Below are positions 28,299 to 37,033 of a stretch of 52,106 nt of DNA, piece after piece; the first letter of the stretch is position 1, and each line of letters begins with the position of its first letter. Source of the DNA: an uncultured Candidatus Saccharibacteria bacterium (GTDB lineage Bacteria > Patescibacteriota > Saccharimonadia > Saccharimonadales > CAZDBS01); NCBI GenBank assembly GCA_964635445.1, contig CAZWNK010000002.1:1-52106 (forward strand). Direction: 5' to 3'. The translations under genes and the position numbers were made by a program. The notes under the pieces are model-generated. The model was not told where the DNA came from. It saw only the letters and a program-made list of their open reading frames with translations, and ran no database searches.

Positions 28299-29027
28299 AT
28301 GGCTACTAAAACTGTCACCCCCAAAGTTGATACCGGTGTCGAAGAGGTAGTTCCGAAGCATCTTGGTCTTATCCTTGACGGCAATCGTCGATGGGCCCGA
28401 TCACAAGGCTTGCCGGTTTATAAAGGCCACTTGCAAGGTTACAAGAACCTCAAAACTATTTGCGATGCAGCCCGTGATATGGGTGTCACCTATATATCGG
28501 TCTACATATTCTCTACAGAAAACTGGCAACGAGCATCAGAAGAGGTGGAATACATCATGGGTCTTGCTATGCGGATGGTCAAAAACGATCTCAAAGGCTT
28601 ACACAAAAAGAACATCCAAGTTCGTTGGCTTGGTGTGCCTGACCGCGTAAGTCCCGATCTTGTCAAAGCAATTCGCCACGCCGAAGAAGTTACCAAAGAT
28701 AATACGGGTGGTGTTTTTGCGCTGTGCTTCAACTATGGCGGTCAGCTGGAAATTGCTGATGCTATGCGCTCTATGATCAAAAAGGGTATCGCGGCTGAGG
28801 ACATCACGCCTGAGATAATCCAGCAACATTTGTACGGACCCGATATCCCTGATGTTGACTTGGTTATACGAACCTCGGGTGAGGAACGTATCAGTAACTT
28901 TATGTTGTGGCGTTGTGCGTATGCAGAGTTTTATTTCTCGCAAAAGAACTGGCCGGCATTTACCGTCGATGATCTCGGTGTAGCTCTCAAAGATTATGCT
29001 CGTCGACAGAGGCGAATGGGTGCTTGA
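28299..29027 (+). CDS. uppS: Undecaprenyl-diphosphate synthase
   Basis: HLGLILDGNRRWA, IRTSGEERISNFMLW. Confidence 0.95.
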   Translation: MATKTVTPKVDTGVEEVVPKHLGLILDGNRRWARSQGLPVYKGHLQGYKNLKTICDAARDMGVTYISVYIFSTENWQRASEEVEYIMGLAMRMVKNDLKGLHKKNIQVRWLGVPDRVSPDLVKAIRHAEEVTKDNTGGVFALCFNYGGQLEIADAMRSMIKKGIAAEDITPEIIQQHLYGPDIPDVDLVIRTSGEERISNFMLWRCAYAEFYFSQKNWPAFTVDDLGVALKDYARRQRRMGA

Positions 29028-30154
29028 TGTTTGTCGTCGGTATCTTTCTCTTTATTCTTCTTATCATCGTCCATGAATTTGGGCATTATCTGGCTGCAAA
29101 GCGGAGCGGCGTGACGGTTGAAGAGTTCGGAGTCTTTTTTCCACCGCGCTTATACGGGAAGCGGTTTAAAAAAGGCGGTACGCTTTACACGATCAATGCA
29201 CTGCCGCTCGGTGGTTTTGTGCAGCTAAAGGGTGAACATGATAGCGACACCGAAAAGGGAAGCTACGGTGCGGCCTCGCTTCGACACAAAGTCAAGATCT
29301 TGATCGCGGGCGTACTCATGAATATCGTAGCCGCGTTTGCTATCTTCACGATTCTCGCGTGGATTGGCATGCCAGTCATGAATCTCGAGAGTCTCGAGTT
29401 TTATCACAAGCCACAATTCACTGTTGCAAGCGATACCAAAGAACTCGGCGAGAAGAAAGTCAAAGACGTTATCATCGTGGAGTCGGTTGAAACAAGTAGT
29501 CCGGCTGAAAAAGCTGGTTTGCGAAGTGATGATCAGATCGTCAAAGTAGCCGATCAAGATATCAAGAAGCCCGATGATCTAGCTCGCGCAACACGCGAGA
29601 ATGCTGGGAAGGCGGTAGAGATACTCTATCGCCGCGATACGGCGTCTGCCAAGACGACTGCGACGCTCAATGCCGATAACAGTGCGGGCAAAGGTTATCT
29701 AGGGGTTCACTATGTCGAGCCTGGCGTAACCCTTCGTCGTTCAACATGGTCTGCGCCTATCGTCGGTGCTGCACTGACGGCACAGTATAGCGATATCACA
29801 ATACGTGGTATCGGTTGGTCGCTGCACAATCTTTTTACGGGACATGCCGCCAAAGCCAAAGAAGCGGTCGGTGGTCCGATAGCTGTGGTCGGTGAGATCA
29901 AAAAATCCAGTGGAGTCGATCCACGCTATATGTTGATGCTGCTTGGGATCATCTCTGTGAGTTTGGCAGTACTCAATATCCTGCCTATACCACCCGTGGA
30001 TGGTGGAAAGTTATTTGTGACACTCTTCTATCGTTTGTCGCGTATGAAACTGACTATGAAGGCAGAGAAAATCATATACGGTATCGGTGTCGGGGTGTTT
30101 GGTGTGTTATTTATCTTGGTCGCCATCCTCGACATTAAACGACTTCGAGGCTGA
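29027..30154 (+). CDS. rseP: RseP/site-2 protease family M50 zinc metalloprotease with PDZ domain
   Basis: HEFGHYLAA, a PDZ-like middle region, NILPIPPVDGG. The ATG overlaps the uppS TGA (TGATG). Confidence 0.9.
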   Translation: MFVVGIFLFILLIIVHEFGHYLAAKRSGVTVEEFGVFFPPRLYGKRFKKGGTLYTINALPLGGFVQLKGEHDSDTEKGSYGAASLRHKVKILIAGVLMNIVAAFAIFTILAWIGMPVMNLESLEFYHKPQFTVASDTKELGEKKVKDVIIVESVETSSPAEKAGLRSDDQIVKVADQDIKKPDDLARATRENAGKAVEILYRRDTASAKTTATLNADNSAGKGYLGVHYVEPGVTLRRSTWSAPIVGAALTAQYSDITIRGIGWSLHNLFTGHAAKAKEAVGGPIAVVGEIKKSSGVDPRYMLMLLGIISVSLAVLNILPIPPVDGGKLFVTLFYRLSRMKLTMKAEKIIYGIGVGVFGVLFILVAILDIKRLRG

Positions 30155-30159
30155 CGACA

Positions 30160-30873
30160 ATGGACTCTCAGCAAGTAGCCATACAGGATTCTCGTGTCTG
30201 GTGGGGTCCCTGGGATGGCCTGGGTATTGCGGTTGTTGCCTATATCCTGCCGCAGATTGTTGCCGTGCTGGTTGCCTCTGGGCTACATCTCAATATCGAG
30301 GATCAGTCGTTTGGCACGATCATCATCACATCCTTGATCGAGATTCTGTCACTCGGTGTCGTCATGGGCTATGTGCGCTCTAAAAGTCCTTCGCTTGCTG
30401 CGCTAGGACTGCGTTTGAAACGAGTTGTCACGGTCTTCTGGGCTATCCCGACATATGTTGCATACTTCATCGTGACAGCGCTATCTATTAGCTGGATATC
30501 ACGCATCTTCCCGAAGTTTAATGCCGATGAAAGTCAGAATATACCGTTTAGTACGAGCATCGCCGGTCCACTGAGACTGGGGATCGTCTTTTTTATTCTC
30601 GTTTTACTGGTGCCGATCACGGAAGAAATCATGTTCCGAGGATTCTTATATAAAGGGTTCAAAAAGAAAGTCGGACCAGTCTATGCCGCCGTTGTCACAA
30701 GCGCATTGTTTGGGTTGGCTCATTTCCAATGGAATATAAGTATCGACACATGTATCTTGTCGTTCTTTTTGATATATCTTTACGAGAAAACCGAGTCGCT
30801 CTGGCCCAGTATTGCGCTGCATGCCATCAAAAACAGCTTGGCGTTTCTGGTGCTATTCATCTATAAACCCTGA
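30160..30873 (+). CDS. CPBP (CAAX-type) intramembrane glutamic protease family protein
   Basis: EEIMFRGFLY, FGLAHF, HAIKN motifs on a multi-TM scaffold. Confidence 0.85.
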   Translation: MDSQQVAIQDSRVWWGPWDGLGIAVVAYILPQIVAVLVASGLHLNIEDQSFGTIIITSLIEILSLGVVMGYVRSKSPSLAALGLRLKRVVTVFWAIPTYVAYFIVTALSISWISRIFPKFNADESQNIPFSTSIAGPLRLGIVFFILVLLVPITEEIMFRGFLYKGFKKKVGPVYAAVVTSALFGLAHFQWNISIDTCILSFFLIYLYEKTESLWPSIALHAIKNSLAFLVLFIYKP

Positions 30874-30899
30874 GAAGGGCATGCTAGAATGTCTCGTAT

Positions 30900-32156
30900 A
30901 TGAGACGATCACAACTTTTTACGAAAACCAGAAAAGATGCTCCAGCTGACGAGACAGCCAAGAACGCTCAATTATTAATCAGGGCGGGATATATTCACAA
31001 AGAAATGGCAGGAGTCTACGCATATCTACCGCTAGGCAAGCGCGTACTCGATAATATTGCACAGATTGTGCGTGAGGAAATGAATGCTATCGGTGCACTA
31101 GAGGTTCAGATGACCGCACTGCAGCCTAAGGAGATATGGGAAAAGACTGATCGTTGGGATGACAAGAAAGTCGATAACTGGTTCAAGACCAAACTCGTCA
31201 ACGGTACTGAGCTGGGAGTAGGTCTTACTCACGAAGAGCCGATAGTCGACGCTCTCGCCGAGTATATGAGTTCGTACAAAGATTTGCCGATCTATGTGTA
31301 TCAGATCCAGACGAAGTTTCGGAACGAACTTCGTGCGAAAAGTGGCTTGCTTCGAGGGCGTGAATTCCTCATGAAAGATATGTACTCTTTTGCTCGTACC
31401 CAAGAAGAGCATGATGAGCTCTATGAACGCGCAGCAAGCGCGTATGCAAAAGTTTATGACCGGTTGGGTATAGGTGGCATCACATATAGGACGTATGCAG
31501 ACGGTGGCATATTTACGACGCGTTTTAGTGACGAATACCAGACATTGAGCTCAGTAGGCGAAGACACGATTTATGTTGATGAACAGAGAAAAGTCGCTAT
31601 CAACAAAGAGATACTTACTGATGAAAATCTAGAAAAGGTAGGTCTAAAAAGAGAAGATCTCGTTGAGAAAAAGGGCGTGGAGGCAGGGAATATCTTCCCA
31701 CTTGAATCAAAGTACACCGATGCGCTTGATGTGTACTACACCGATGAGCGAGGCGAGAAACAGTCGATCATAGCTGGTTGTTATGGGATTGGCGTGAGTC
31801 GCCTTGTTGGGCTTTTGGCTGAACATTTTTCTGATGACAAGGGCCTGGTATGGCCAGAGAATATCGCTCCGATGCGTGTGTATCTCGCGTCTGTGGGCAC
31901 AAATGAGCTTGTCGTGCGTGCTGCTGATGAATTGCATGATCAATTGGAGCAGAAAGGCGTCATGGTACTTTATGATGATCGAGATGTACGTCCTGGTGAA
32001 AAGTTTGCTGACGCTGAACTACTGGGAATTCCTCACCGTGTCGTTATTAGTGAGAAAACACTAGAACAGGGTGGGGTGGAGTACAAGAGTCGTACGAGTG
32101 ATGAAATCACAGTGCTTTCTGTGGAACAATTGCTCCAAAAAATAAACGCACAGTAA
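30900..32156 (+). CDS. proS: Prolyl-tRNA synthetase, short bacterial form lacking the INS editing domain
   Basis: Class II motif 2 FRNELRAKSGLLRGREF and motif 3 GCYGIGVSRLVG, only about 130 aa apart. C-terminal anticodon-binding domain. 418 aa in total. Confidence 0.9.
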   Translation: MRRSQLFTKTRKDAPADETAKNAQLLIRAGYIHKEMAGVYAYLPLGKRVLDNIAQIVREEMNAIGALEVQMTALQPKEIWEKTDRWDDKKVDNWFKTKLVNGTELGVGLTHEEPIVDALAEYMSSYKDLPIYVYQIQTKFRNELRAKSGLLRGREFLMKDMYSFARTQEEHDELYERAASAYAKVYDRLGIGGITYRTYADGGIFTTRFSDEYQTLSSVGEDTIYVDEQRKVAINKEILTDENLEKVGLKREDLVEKKGVEAGNIFPLESKYTDALDVYYTDERGEKQSIIAGCYGIGVSRLVGLLAEHFSDDKGLVWPENIAPMRVYLASVGTNELVVRAADELHDQLEQKGVMVLYDDRDVRPGEKFADAELLGIPHRVVISEKTLEQGGVEYKSRTSDEITVLSVEQLLQKINAQ

Positions 32157-32280
32157 GATATAACGTAGTCTTAGTCACAACAATATATTTGCTTGGACTG
32201 ATAAAATGCTATACTCTCATCCATTGTGATTACGTAGGTGATCGAGGAGGGCATGTGCTTTCCAGGAGGTTATTGTAGAA

Positions 32281-32742
32281 ATGAAAAAGTTATTCCATCT
32301 GACCAAAGACGGTATCAAAGAACTCGAAAACGAGCTGAGTGAACTCAAAAATCAGCGTATTTCTATTGCTGAAAAGATCAAAATTGCTCGTGATTTCGGT
32401 GATCTAAGCGAAAACGCCGAGTATGCATCGGCACGCGAAGAACAGGGTCGTATCGAAGGACGAATCGCCGAGATAGAACACATCCTCAATAATGTCACTG
32501 TCATCAAAGAAAAAACAAGCAACGGCAAAGTATCACTCGGGTCTACAGTTGAGCTCAGAGACAAGAAGGGTAAGACCAAGATGTTTACAATCGTCGGAAC
32601 GGTCGAGGCCGATCCACTTTCGGGCAAAATCTCAGACGAATCACCGATTGGCAAGGCCCTCCTGGGCTGTAAGATCGGTGAAGAAGTGACGCTTTCAACC
32701 CCCAGTTCCAAACTTGTCTATTCCGTCGTCAAGATTTCATAG
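32281..32742 (+). CDS. greA: Transcription elongation factor GreA
   Basis: LTKDGIKELENELSELK...DLSENAEYASAREEQ...SDESPIGKALLG. Confidence 0.95.
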   Translation: MKKLFHLTKDGIKELENELSELKNQRISIAEKIKIARDFGDLSENAEYASAREEQGRIEGRIAEIEHILNNVTVIKEKTSNGKVSLGSTVELRDKKGKTKMFTIVGTVEADPLSGKISDESPIGKALLGCKIGEEVTLSTPSSKLVYSVVKIS

Positions 32743-32767
32743 GCAGAGGACACACCATCTGGAACAA

Positions 32768-32796
32768 AATAAAGGGGCGTAGAGGGCCCCTTTATT
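32768..32796 (+). terminator. Rho-independent terminator after greA, abutting the lysS -10 box
   Basis: AATAAAGGGG-9 nt-CCCCTTTATT. TGcTATACT follows at 32796-32804. Confidence 0.7.
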
Positions 32797-32828
32797 GCTA
32801 TACTAACCCAAGATAGGAACAAGTAATT

Positions 32829-34355
32829 ATGCAGTGGTTACATACAATTGTCGATGAGCTCATAGCTCGAGTTCCCGAGGGTGAAATCCTGATTGAGTCA
32901 GGTGCATCACCGTCGGGAACATATCACGTTGGTCATTTACGAGAAGTGATCACGTCTGATGCAATTCTACTCGAGTTGCGACGGCGAGGCAGACAGGCTC
33001 GACACATACACTTTGTTGATGATCTCGATGCACTCCGAAAAGTTCCTGTGAACGTTCCGCAAGACTATGACCAACATCTTGGCAAGCCGCTTTGCGATAC
33101 GCCCGCGCCAGATGGATCAGATCAATCGTACGCAGATCATTTCCTGAGTGACCTTATAGCGGCGACGTCATATCTCGGAATTGAGATGGAGGTTATTCGA
33201 AGCCACGAGAAGTATCGAAGTGGCTTTGACGTACCTGCTATCGAGATGGCCTTAACGCACATACAAAAAGTAAAAGATTGTATCGTCAAAGGCTCGGGTA
33301 GGCAGCTTAGTGATGATTGGAATCCTATACAAATATTAGAAGAAGGTCGATTTAAAAATCGCGCGTTGGTAGATATCGACAAAGAGAAAAAAGAAGTAAT
33401 ATATCGACGCGTCGAGGGCGGAGAAGCGCGTGCTCGATATGACAATGGCGATGTGAAGCTTGACTGGAGAATAGATTGGCCAACTCATTGGTGGTTGCAG
33501 GGCGTGAATGTTGAGGCATTTGGCCGTGATCACGCTACGAAGGGTGGATCGTATGACACAGGAGTCGAGATAATCAAAGATGTGTTCGGGGCTGAACCCC
33601 CTTATCCTGTACCGTATGACTTTGTAAATCGTACTGGCGATCCCAAGAAAATGAGTGCGAGTAGAGGCACTGGTATAAGTGCCAAAGACATAATTAAAGT
33701 CCTTCCGGCTGAAATAATTCGCTTCTTCATGCTTCGTTATCCACCGAGCAAACGATTGTATTTTGATGAAGTCGAAGGAACGGTCAAGCTCGTTGATGAG
33801 TTTGCAGAGCTTGCGGCGAAAAGCGACAAGACTAAGCAAGATGAGGATTTACTCTACATGTCGACGCGTGGCTCTTCGCATCAAACGATCAGTCCTGTAC
33901 CGTTCTCGCATCTTGTCGCAAGCTATCAGTCTGCTTTACGTGATACTGACAAAACGATAGAGATAATTCGACGAACCGAACATGCTGAGCATATTGATGA
34001 AGCGGTGATCACTCGTGAACTTGTGTTCATTGATGAGTGGTTGCATCTATGGGCGCCCGAAGACGTGAAATTTCAAATTGCTGAAACGCTGCCGGAAGTC
34101 GAACTTTCGGAGCAGCAAAAGACGTTTCTTCGTACCCTCGCAGATAAAATCGAACAGGCACCCGAAGATGCTGACGGTGAATGGTTTCACAAAGCAATCT
34201 ATGATCTCAAGGATTCTGTAGGCCTCGAGCCGAAGCAACTTTTCCAGACGCTCTATCAAGTGCTGATCAACAAAATGTCTGGTCCTCGAGCTGGCTGGTT
34301 CCTGAGTTTGTTGCCACGTGAGTGGCTGGTGAAACGACTCCGCCTAGAAAGCTAA
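32829..34355 (+). CDS. lysS: Class I lysyl-tRNA synthetase
   Basis: HIGH-type SGTYHVGHLRE and KMSKS-type KMSASRG. 508 aa with class I LysRS architecture. Confidence 0.88.
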   Translation: MQWLHTIVDELIARVPEGEILIESGASPSGTYHVGHLREVITSDAILLELRRRGRQARHIHFVDDLDALRKVPVNVPQDYDQHLGKPLCDTPAPDGSDQSYADHFLSDLIAATSYLGIEMEVIRSHEKYRSGFDVPAIEMALTHIQKVKDCIVKGSGRQLSDDWNPIQILEEGRFKNRALVDIDKEKKEVIYRRVEGGEARARYDNGDVKLDWRIDWPTHWWLQGVNVEAFGRDHATKGGSYDTGVEIIKDVFGAEPPYPVPYDFVNRTGDPKKMSASRGTGISAKDIIKVLPAEIIRFFMLRYPPSKRLYFDEVEGTVKLVDEFAELAAKSDKTKQDEDLLYMSTRGSSHQTISPVPFSHLVASYQSALRDTDKTIEIIRRTEHAEHIDEAVITRELVFIDEWLHLWAPEDVKFQIAETLPEVELSEQQKTFLRTLADKIEQAPEDADGEWFHKAIYDLKDSVGLEPKQLFQTLYQVLINKMSGPRAGWFLSLLPREWLVKRLRLES

Positions 34356-34373
34356 GAGAAACGATTGGTTCAT

Positions 34374-35036
34374 ATGCAGAAGAAGCTGCCAAATGGTTTA
34401 GTGCTGGAGCGCATGGAATCGTCCATTGTCCCGGTGAATATATACGTACGACACTACGCCAAGATCATACCCGTGTCCCCTGTGATACCTGTAGATGAGC
34501 ACAGGGGGCTGCCGCTTACACCCATGCCGAAACTCATGCGCCAGGAACTGGGGTTAGATGCTCAATGTGCATGTGAAAGCTGTAGACCAAATCGACATCA
34601 TGTATGGTGGGAGCGCGACAAGTACTCAAAAGGTCCATACAAAAGACTCAGAGCTCTTCCGGTGTATATCACGGAAATTCCAAATTGCGAGCATGACGCA
34701 ATTCATATCGCACAGGACGAACCAGAAATAGTCGATGAAGAATTATGTAGGGCAATTACAAGACAAGCTTTACTCGAAGAGCAGCTCGCACTCGCCAGAA
34801 GCAGGATAGAATTGAGGCGAGGCGAGAAAGTTGTGCCAGAAAGTCCGAAGCGGAAAGTAAAAACCCTTGATCAGTTAGAAGATGAACAAGATCGCTTGAG
34901 CGAAAAGCTTGGTCTTAGTATTCGTGCGGCAGGTGATTTGCTCGCGCCGCAATATTACGTAGTGGAAGACGGAGGCATTGTCATCTATACTTGTACACGA
35001 GAATTAACGGAGGACGTATCGATTGATCCGAGTTAG
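34374..35036 (+). CDS. Hypothetical protein with Cys/His pattern compatible with an HNH (beta-beta-alpha-Me) motif and a C-terminal coiled-coil
   Basis: CACESCRPNRHHVWWERDKY...(about 20 aa)...IPNCEHDAIH. ATG at 34374 (the track starts at TTG 34365). The 3' end overlaps the ABC ATPase gene by 14 nt. Confidence 0.55.
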   Translation: MQKKLPNGLVLERMESSIVPVNIYVRHYAKIIPVSPVIPVDEHRGLPLTPMPKLMRQELGLDAQCACESCRPNRHHVWWERDKYSKGPYKRLRALPVYITEIPNCEHDAIHIAQDEPEIVDEELCRAITRQALLEEQLALARSRIELRRGEKVVPESPKRKVKTLDQLEDEQDRLSEKLGLSIRAAGDLLAPQYYVVEDGGIVIYTCTRELTEDVSIDPS

Positions 35037-35736
35037 TCATATCACCAAAATCTATGGTAAGAAAGCCAATGCTTTCACGGCACTTGATGATGTAACATTC
35101 GATGTCGAAGATGGTAGCACGCTCGCTATCATCGGGAAGAGTGGTTCTGGCAAATCAACACTTATGCACATCATGAGTGGGCTTGATCATCCAGATGCGG
35201 GCGAGATCATCTATGGCGATCGTGATCTTTTCACGCTGTCGCGCCGAAAGATCGACAATTTCAGGTCCAAAGTGATGAGTTTTATCTTCCAGTCATTTTT
35301 CGTCGAGCCCAATCAAACATGTTATCAAAATGTTGCACTGCCTTTGGAAATAGCCAAAGTACGCAAATCGAAGAGGCGCGCATTGATCATGTCTGCACTG
35401 GAGCGCGTACAACTGGAGGACAAGGTCAATAGCCGAGCACGCGACCTCTCTGGTGGCCAGAAGCAGCGTTTAGCGATCGCACGAGCTATCGTCAACGAAC
35501 CAAAGCTTATCTTTGCTGACGAACCGACCGGCAATCTCGATAGTGCGACCGGTGAGTTGATCATAGATCTGTTGTTTGATCTCAACAAAACACTCGGCAG
35601 CACGCTTATCATCGTCACGCACGACGAGGATCTTGCTCGTAGGTGTCAAATGCAGATAACCTTGAAAGACGGAAAAGTAGCAAGCGTCACGACCACGAAG
35701 CCCAAAGCAGTAACAGGCAAAAGGAAAAAGTCATGA
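35023..35736 (+). CDS. ABC transporter ATP-binding protein (MacB/LolD-like)
   Basis: Walker A GKSGSGKST, signature LSGGQKQR, Walker B LIFADEPT. TTG start 8 nt after GGAGGA. Confidence 0.9.
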   Translation: MIRVSHITKIYGKKANAFTALDDVTFDVEDGSTLAIIGKSGSGKSTLMHIMSGLDHPDAGEIIYGDRDLFTLSRRKIDNFRSKVMSFIFQSFFVEPNQTCYQNVALPLEIAKVRKSKRRALIMSALERVQLEDKVNSRARDLSGGQKQRLAIARAIVNEPKLIFADEPTGNLDSATGELIIDLLFDLNKTLGSTLIIVTHDEDLARRCQMQITLKDGKVASVTTTKPKAVTGKRKKS

Positions 35737-37013
35737 AAGTACGAGACATAGTACGACGAAGCTGGAGGAGTTTGAGGAGCGCCAAGGGGCGTACGCTGCT
35801 TACAGCACTGGCGATAGGAGTAGGTGGTTTTACGCTGGCTTTGACTTTGGCTGCAGCTCGTGGCGCCAAAGCATATACTGATCGCTTAGTCTCCACCAAT
35901 TTTGATCCAGCGGAACTGCTTGTAGCAAAAGATGAGCGGGTATTTACAAACGGCAATGTATCGAAACCTATCGAGTACGATGAGTCTATCGGTGAAGCTC
36001 AGGGTTTCAGTATCAAGCGAATTGATCGCAACGATATCAATACCATCAAGGCTGTGCCGGGTGTTGAGGAGATCCGCGAGGGATATCAGATCAATCTCCA
36101 ATATGTGACACGAGAAGGAGCCAAAAAATACACCGGCTCACTAGAGGTATACAACCGTGCACAAAAACCCGAGATATCAGCGGGCTCATTGCCAGATCAA
36201 TTGCAAAGTCATGATGTCCTCTTGACTGATGATTATCTCGATATCCTTGGGTTTGCTACTCCAGAACAAGCCATAAATCAGGAGATCACGCTTCAAGTTC
36301 GCCAGCCTTTTGGCAAAGTCCTCAGTAAGCAATTCAAAGTCATCGCTGTGACAAAAAAGCCTGCGACGAGTATCAGCTTCCAGCAGCGCCCACTGCTTGC
36401 TGGACGTGACGATGTCAAAGCCTTCAATGATTTCGTCAACGAGGGCACTATCAATGCGGATAAGTTTGTGTACGTCAGTGTTCGGGTAGTCGACGGACAA
36501 GATAAGGCCAAACTCAAAGCAGTCCAGACGAAGCTGAAAGATATGGGATACAATGCGCAAAGCGTAGAAGATACACAGAAATTCCTAGGTCAGATTATCA
36601 ATGTTCTTCAGGGTATCGTCTTAGGGTTTGGAGGAGTCACACTCATCGCATCATTCTTCGGAGTCGTCAACACGATGTATATCAGTGTGCTCGAGAGGAC
36701 AAGAGAAGTAGGACTTATGAAGGCGCTCGGTACCTCGCGTTTCAGCGTGAGCGCACTATTTGTGACAGAAGCGACATGGATAGGTTTCCTGGGTGCTGCG
36801 ATAGGGAGTAGTGTGGCTTTTCTGCTCGGGACAGCACTCAATCCAACTATTAGTCGAAAATTAAGCTTTGGTTCAGAAAAGTTACTTATCTTTGTGTGGT
36901 GGCAGATGGCTTTAGTGATTTTGTTCTTGATGGTTGTTACGACAATTGCTGGACTTTTGCCCGCTCGCAAGGCAGCCAAACTCGACCCGATAGAAGCACT
37001 GAGGACAGAATAG
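35733..37013 (+). CDS. ABC transporter permease, MacB/FtsX type with large extracytoplasmic domain
   Basis: The ATG at 35733 overlaps the ATPase stop (ATGA). TM1, then an external domain of about 250 aa, then a C-terminal FtsX 3-TM bundle. The upstream part of the track ORF (35643) lies inside the ATPase gene. Confidence 0.88.
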   Translation: MKVRDIVRRSWRSLRSAKGRTLLTALAIGVGGFTLALTLAAARGAKAYTDRLVSTNFDPAELLVAKDERVFTNGNVSKPIEYDESIGEAQGFSIKRIDRNDINTIKAVPGVEEIREGYQINLQYVTREGAKKYTGSLEVYNRAQKPEISAGSLPDQLQSHDVLLTDDYLDILGFATPEQAINQEITLQVRQPFGKVLSKQFKVIAVTKKPATSISFQQRPLLAGRDDVKAFNDFVNEGTINADKFVYVSVRVVDGQDKAKLKAVQTKLKDMGYNAQSVEDTQKFLGQIINVLQGIVLGFGGVTLIASFFGVVNTMYISVLERTREVGLMKALGTSRFSVSALFVTEATWIGFLGAAIGSSVAFLLGTALNPTISRKLSFGSEKLLIFVWWQMALVILFLMVVTTIAGLLPARKAAKLDPIEALRTE

Positions 37014-37033
37014 AAGTTTCGTAATCAAGACAC

